64,000 nucleotides of DNA from the human T2T-CHM13v2.0 reference genome, Homo sapiens. The notes beneath the pieces were generated by a model. That model saw only the letters and a program-made list of their open reading frames with translations, made no database searches and was not told the DNA's origin. A program made the translations under genes and the position numbers. Shown here in pieces: positions 59,901-64,000 of this stretch (within the stretch, counting starts at the first letter, position 1; each line of letters opens with the position of its first letter). The DNA lies in NCBI RefSeq assembly GCF_009914755.1, contig NC_060947.1; one strand, written 5' to 3'.

Positions 59901-62559
59901 CAAAGAATGTTCTGAGTTTGCTTCCGTTCAGTTATGGGAAGTTGATCCCGTTTCCAACGAAATCCTCAGAGAGGTCCAAATATCCCCTTGCAGATTCTAC
60001 AAAACGTGTGTTTGGAAACTGCTCCATCATAACGAATGTTCAGCTCCCTGAGTTAAACTCCATCGTCACAAAGAATTTTCTGAGAGTGCTACCGTCTGGT
60101 TTTTATATGAAGTTCTTTCCTTCACTACCACAGGCCTCAAAGCGGTCCAAATCTCCACTTGCAGATTCTACAAAAAGAGTGTTTGCAAACTGCTCTATCA
60201 AAAGGAATGTTCAACTCTGGGAGTTGAATGCAATCATCACAGAGCAGTTTCTGAGAATGCTTCTATGTCGTTTTTAGGAGAAGATATTTCCTTTTCCAAC
60301 ACAATCCTCCAAGCCCGCTAAATAGCCACTTGCACATTGTAGAAAAAGTGTGTCAAAGCTGCGCTATCAAAGGGAAAGTTCAACTCTGTGAGGTGAATGC
60401 AAACATCCCAAAGAAGTTTCTGAGAATGCTTCCGTTTAGCTTTTAGGTGAAGATTATCCCGTTTCCAACGAAACCTTCAAAGAGGTCCAAATATCCCCTT
60501 GCGGATCCCACAGAAAGAGTGTTTCGAAACTGCTGTTTCAAAAGGAATCTTCAACTCTGTGAGTTGAATGCAATCATCACAAAGAAGTTTCTGACAATGC
60601 TTCTCTCTCGTCTTTCTGTGAAGATAAAGGAAAAGGCTTTCAGGCCTTTTCCACCACAGGCCTGAAAGCGCTCCAAATGTCCACTTGCAGATTCTGCCAA
60701 AAGAATATTTCAAAACTGCTCTATGAAAAGCAATGTTAAACTCTGTGGCTGGAACACAAACATCACAAAGCGGTTTCTGAGAATGTTTCAGTTTAGTTTT
60801 TCTGTGGAAATATTCCCGTTTCCAAAGAAATCTTCAAAGAGGTCCACGTATCCACTTACAGATTCTACAAAAAGACAGTTTCAAAACTGCTCCATCAAAA
60901 GGAGGGTTCAACTGTGTGACTTGAATGCAATCATCACTCAGAAGTTTCTGAGAATGCTTCTCTTTAGTTTTTACGTGAACATATACCCGTTTCGAACGAA
61001 GGCCACCCAGTGGTCCAAATATCCACTTGCAGATTATACAGAAAGAGTGTTTCGAACCTGAACTCTCAAAGGCAGGTTCATCTCTGCGAGTTAAATGCAT
61101 TCATCATGAAGAACTTTCTCAGAGTGTTTGTGTTTAGTTATGGGAAATTATTACCGTTTCCAACGAAATCCTCAGAGAGCTCCAAATATCCACCTGCAGA
61201 TTCTACCAAAAGTGTATTTGGAAACTGCTCCATCAAAAGGCATGTTCAGCTCTGTGAGTGAAACTCCATCATCACAAAGAATATTCTGAGAATGCTTCCG
61301 TTTGCCTTTTATATGAAGTTCCTTCCTGTACTACCGTAGGCCTCAAAGCAGTCCAAATCTCCATTTGCAGATTCTACAAAAAGAGTGATTCCAATCTGCT
61401 CTATCAATAGGATTGTTCAACTCCATGAGTTGAATGCCATCCTCACAAAGTAGTTTCTGAGAATGCTTCTATCTGGTTTTTGTGTGAAGATATTTCCTTT
61501 TCCACCACAGGCCTCAAAGCCCTCCAAACGTCCACTTGCAGATTCTCGAAAAAGAGTGTTTCATAGCTGCTCTTTCAAAAGGAAAGTTCAACTCTGGGAG
61601 TTGAATGCAAACATCACAAAATAGTTTCCGAGAATGCTTCTGTTTAGTTTTTATGTGAAGATGATCCCGTTTCCAGTGAAATCTTCAAAGAGGTCCACAT
61701 ATCCCCTTGCAGATTCCAAAGAAAGAGGGTTTCAAAACTGCTCCATCAGAAGGATTGTTCAACTCTGTGAGTTGAATGCAGTCATCGCAGAAAACTTTCT
61801 GAGAATGCTTCTGTCTAGGTTTGATGTGAAGATATAGACGTTTCAAACGAAGGCTACAAAGTGGTCAAAATATACACTTGCAGATTCTACTACAAGGGTG
61901 TTGCAAACCTGAACTATCAAAGGAAGGTTCAACTCTGTGAGTTGAATACAAACATCACAAAGAATGTTCTGAGTTTGCTTCCGTTCAGTTATGGGAAGTT
62001 GATCCCGTTTCCAACGAAATCCTCAGAGAGGTCCAAATATCCCCTTGCAGATTCTACAAAACGTGTGTTTGGAAACTGCTCCATCATAACGAATGTTCAG
62101 CTCCCTGAGTTAAACTCCATCGTCACAAAGAATTTTCTGAGAGTGCTACCGTCTGGTTTTTATATGAAGTTCTTTCCTTCACTACCACAGGCCTCAAAGC
62201 GGTCCAAATCTCCACTTGCAGATTCTACAAAAAGAGTGTTTGCAAACTGCTCTATCAAAAGGAATGTTCAACTCTGGGAGTTGAATGCAATCATCACAGA
62301 GCAGTTTCTGAGAATGCTTCTATGTCGTTTTTAGGAGAAGATATTTCCTTTTCCAACACAGTCCTCCAAGCCCGCTAAATAGCCACTTGCACATTGTAGA
62401 AAAAGTGTGTCAAAGCTGCGCTATCAAAGGGAAAGTTCAACTCTGTGAGGTGAATGCAAACATCCCAAAGAAGTTTCTGAGAATGCTTCCGTTTAGCTTT
62501 TAGGTGAAGATTATCCCGTTTCCAACGAAACCTTCAAAGAGGTCCAAATATCCCCTTGC
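2910..62559. repeat. 29 complete 12-mer HOR copies (H2-H30), 2,053-2,061 bp each
   Basis: BamHI spacing is 2,057 except H7 (2,056), H8 (2,053), H9 (2,058), H10 and H11 (2,061), H17 and H18 (2,054), H19 (2,056); each deviation is explained by visible 1-, 3- or 4-bp indels. Confidence 0.95.
3036..3076. other. Overlapping inverted repeats in the elongated monomer (once per HOR; H2 copy shown)
   Basis: GGAAAAGGC(3036-3044)-tttcag-GCCTTTTCC(3051-3059) and GCTTTCAGGCCT(3043-3054)-tttccaccac-AGGCCTGAAAGC(3065-3076) are both perfect reverse-complement pairs. Confidence 0.9.
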
Positions 62560-64000
62560 GGATCCCACAGAAAGAGTGTTTCGAAACTGCTGTTTCAAAA
62601 GGAATCTTCAACTCTGTGAGTTGAATGCAATCATCACAAAGAAGTTTCTGACAATGCTTCTCTCTCGTCTTTCTGTGAAGATAAAGGAAAAGGCTTTCAG
62701 GCCTTTTCCACCACAGGCCTGAAAGCGCTCCAAATGTCCACTTGCAGATTCTGCCAAAAGAATATTTCAAAACTGCTCTATGAAAAGCAATGTTAAACTC
62801 TGTGGCTGGAACACAAACATCACAAAGCGGTTTCTGAGAATGTTTCAGTTTAGTTTTTCTGTGGAAATATTCCCGTTTCCAAAGAAATCTTCAAAGAGGT
62901 CCACGTATCCACTTACAGATTCTACAAAAAGACAGTTTCAAAACTGCTCCATCAAAAGGAGGGTTCAACTGTGTGACTTGAATGCAATCATCACTCAGAA
63001 GTTTCTGAGAATGCTTCTCTTTAGTTTTTACGTGAACATATACCCGTTTCGAACGAAGGCCACCCAGTGGTCCAAATATCCACTTGCAGATTATACAGAA
63101 AGAGTGTTTCGAACCTGAACTCTCAAAGGCAGGTTCATCTCTGCGAGTTAAATGCATTCATCATGAAGAACTTTCTCAGAGTGTTTGTGTTTAGTTATGG
63201 GAAATTATTACCGTTTCCAACGAAATCCTCAGAGAGCTCCAAATATCCACCTGCAGATTCTACCAAAAGTGTATTTGGAAACTGCTCCATCAAAAGGCAT
63301 GTTCAGCTCTGTGAGTGAAACTCCATCATCACAAAGAATATTCTGAGAATGCTTCCGTTTGCCTTTTATATGAAGTTCCTTCCTGTACTACCGTAGGCCT
63401 CAAAGCAGTCCAAATCTCCATTTGCAGATTCTACAAAAAGAGTGATTCCAATCTGCTCTATCAATAGGATTGTTCAACTCCATGAGTTGAATGCCATCCT
63501 CACAAAGTAGTTTCTGAGAATGCTTCTATCTGGTTTTTGTGTGAAGATATTTCCTTTTCCACCACAGGCCTCAAAGCCCTCCAAACGTCCACTTGCAGAT
63601 TCTCGAAAAAGAGTGTTTCATAGCTGCTCTTTCAAAAGGAAAGTTCAACTCTGGGAGTTGAATGCAAACATCACAAAATAGTTTCCGAGAATGCTTCTGT
63701 TTAGTTTTTATGTGAAGATGATCCCGTTTCCAGTGAAATCTTCAAAGAGGTCCACATATCCCCTTGCAGATTCCAAAGAAAGAGGGTTTCAAAACTGCTC
63801 CATCAGAAGGATTGTTCAACTCTGTGAGTTGAATGCAGTCATCGCAGAAAACTTTCTGAGAATGCTTCTGTCTAGGTTTGATGTGAAGATATAGACGTTT
63901 CAAACGAAGGCTACAAAGTGGTCAAAATATACACTTGCAGATTCTACTACAAGGGTGTTGCAAACCTGAACTATCAAAGGAAGGTTCAACTCTGTGAGTT
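62560..64000. repeat. Partial HOR H31, truncated by the window end
   Basis: BamHI at 62560 followed by canonical monomer order to the window edge. Confidence 0.95.

Larger units (their letters stand above)
1..64000 (-). repeat. DXZ1: Centromeric alpha-satellite HOR array, 2,057-bp 12-mer, DXZ1 type (human chromosome X centromere)
   Basis: Alphoid motifs (ttgcagattc, ttcaactctgtgagttgaatgca, tttctgagaatgctt) recur every ~171 bp; the ORF track and GGATCC recur every 2,057 bp (3130, 5187, 7244, ...). A 2,057-bp BamHI 12-mer is the established DXZ1 unit. Strand is given as '-' because the CENP-B box consensus YTTCGTTGGAARCGGGA reads on the minus strand throughout. Confidence 0.96.

Noticed and set aside
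222-63894. About 200 short ORFs (64-157 aa) recurring each HOR, e.g. MKSNVKLC..., MVKIYTCR...
   Set aside because: They are translations of alpha-satellite: internally repetitive at monomer scale, overlapping on both strands, freely broken by stops and frameshifts between copies, with no recognisable domain.
1-64000. Regularly spaced conserved motifs resembling a CRISPR repeat-spacer array
   Set aside because: The intervening sequences are homologous monomer parts that repeat every HOR, not unique spacers; there are no cas genes or leader.
1-64000. Transposon insertion (L1/Alu) or inversion within the array
   Set aside because: BamHI spacing accounts for every base, there is no poly(A) tail or non-alphoid sequence, and all boxes keep one orientation.
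1-64000. Assigning this window to the CENP-A kinetochore domain or methylation dip
   Set aside because: That is epigenetic and cannot be read from sequence alone.

Overview
The whole 64 kb window is one uninterrupted, single-orientation alpha-satellite array (~171-bp monomers) organised as a 2,057-bp 12-monomer higher-order repeat (HOR) with one BamHI site per unit. This period, the single BamHI site and an internal 851-bp pentamer register match the human X-chromosome centromeric array DXZ1 (suprachromosomal family 3). There are 31 BamHI-delimited units, numbered here H1-H31, starting at 2, 2910, 4967, 7024, 9081, 11138, 13195, 15251, 17304, 19362, 21423, 23484, 25541, 27598, 29655, 31712, 33769, 35823, 37877, 39933, 41990, 44047, 46104, 48161, 50218, 52275, 54332, 56389, 58446, 60503 and 62560 (last one partial). 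I see no genes, RNA genes, transposons or CRISPR arrays; all listed ORFs are satellite translation artefacts, and I cannot support a new protein-based system here. The notable structure is in the repeat itself: a 17-mer HOR variant with a resolvable 23-bp crossover window, nested super-periods (2-HOR, 6-HOR, relic 9-HOR), a locally templated insertion that forms two mutually exclusive hairpins, and clustered loss of one CENP-B box by two independent mutations. All variant calls were read by eye and need alignment to confirm.
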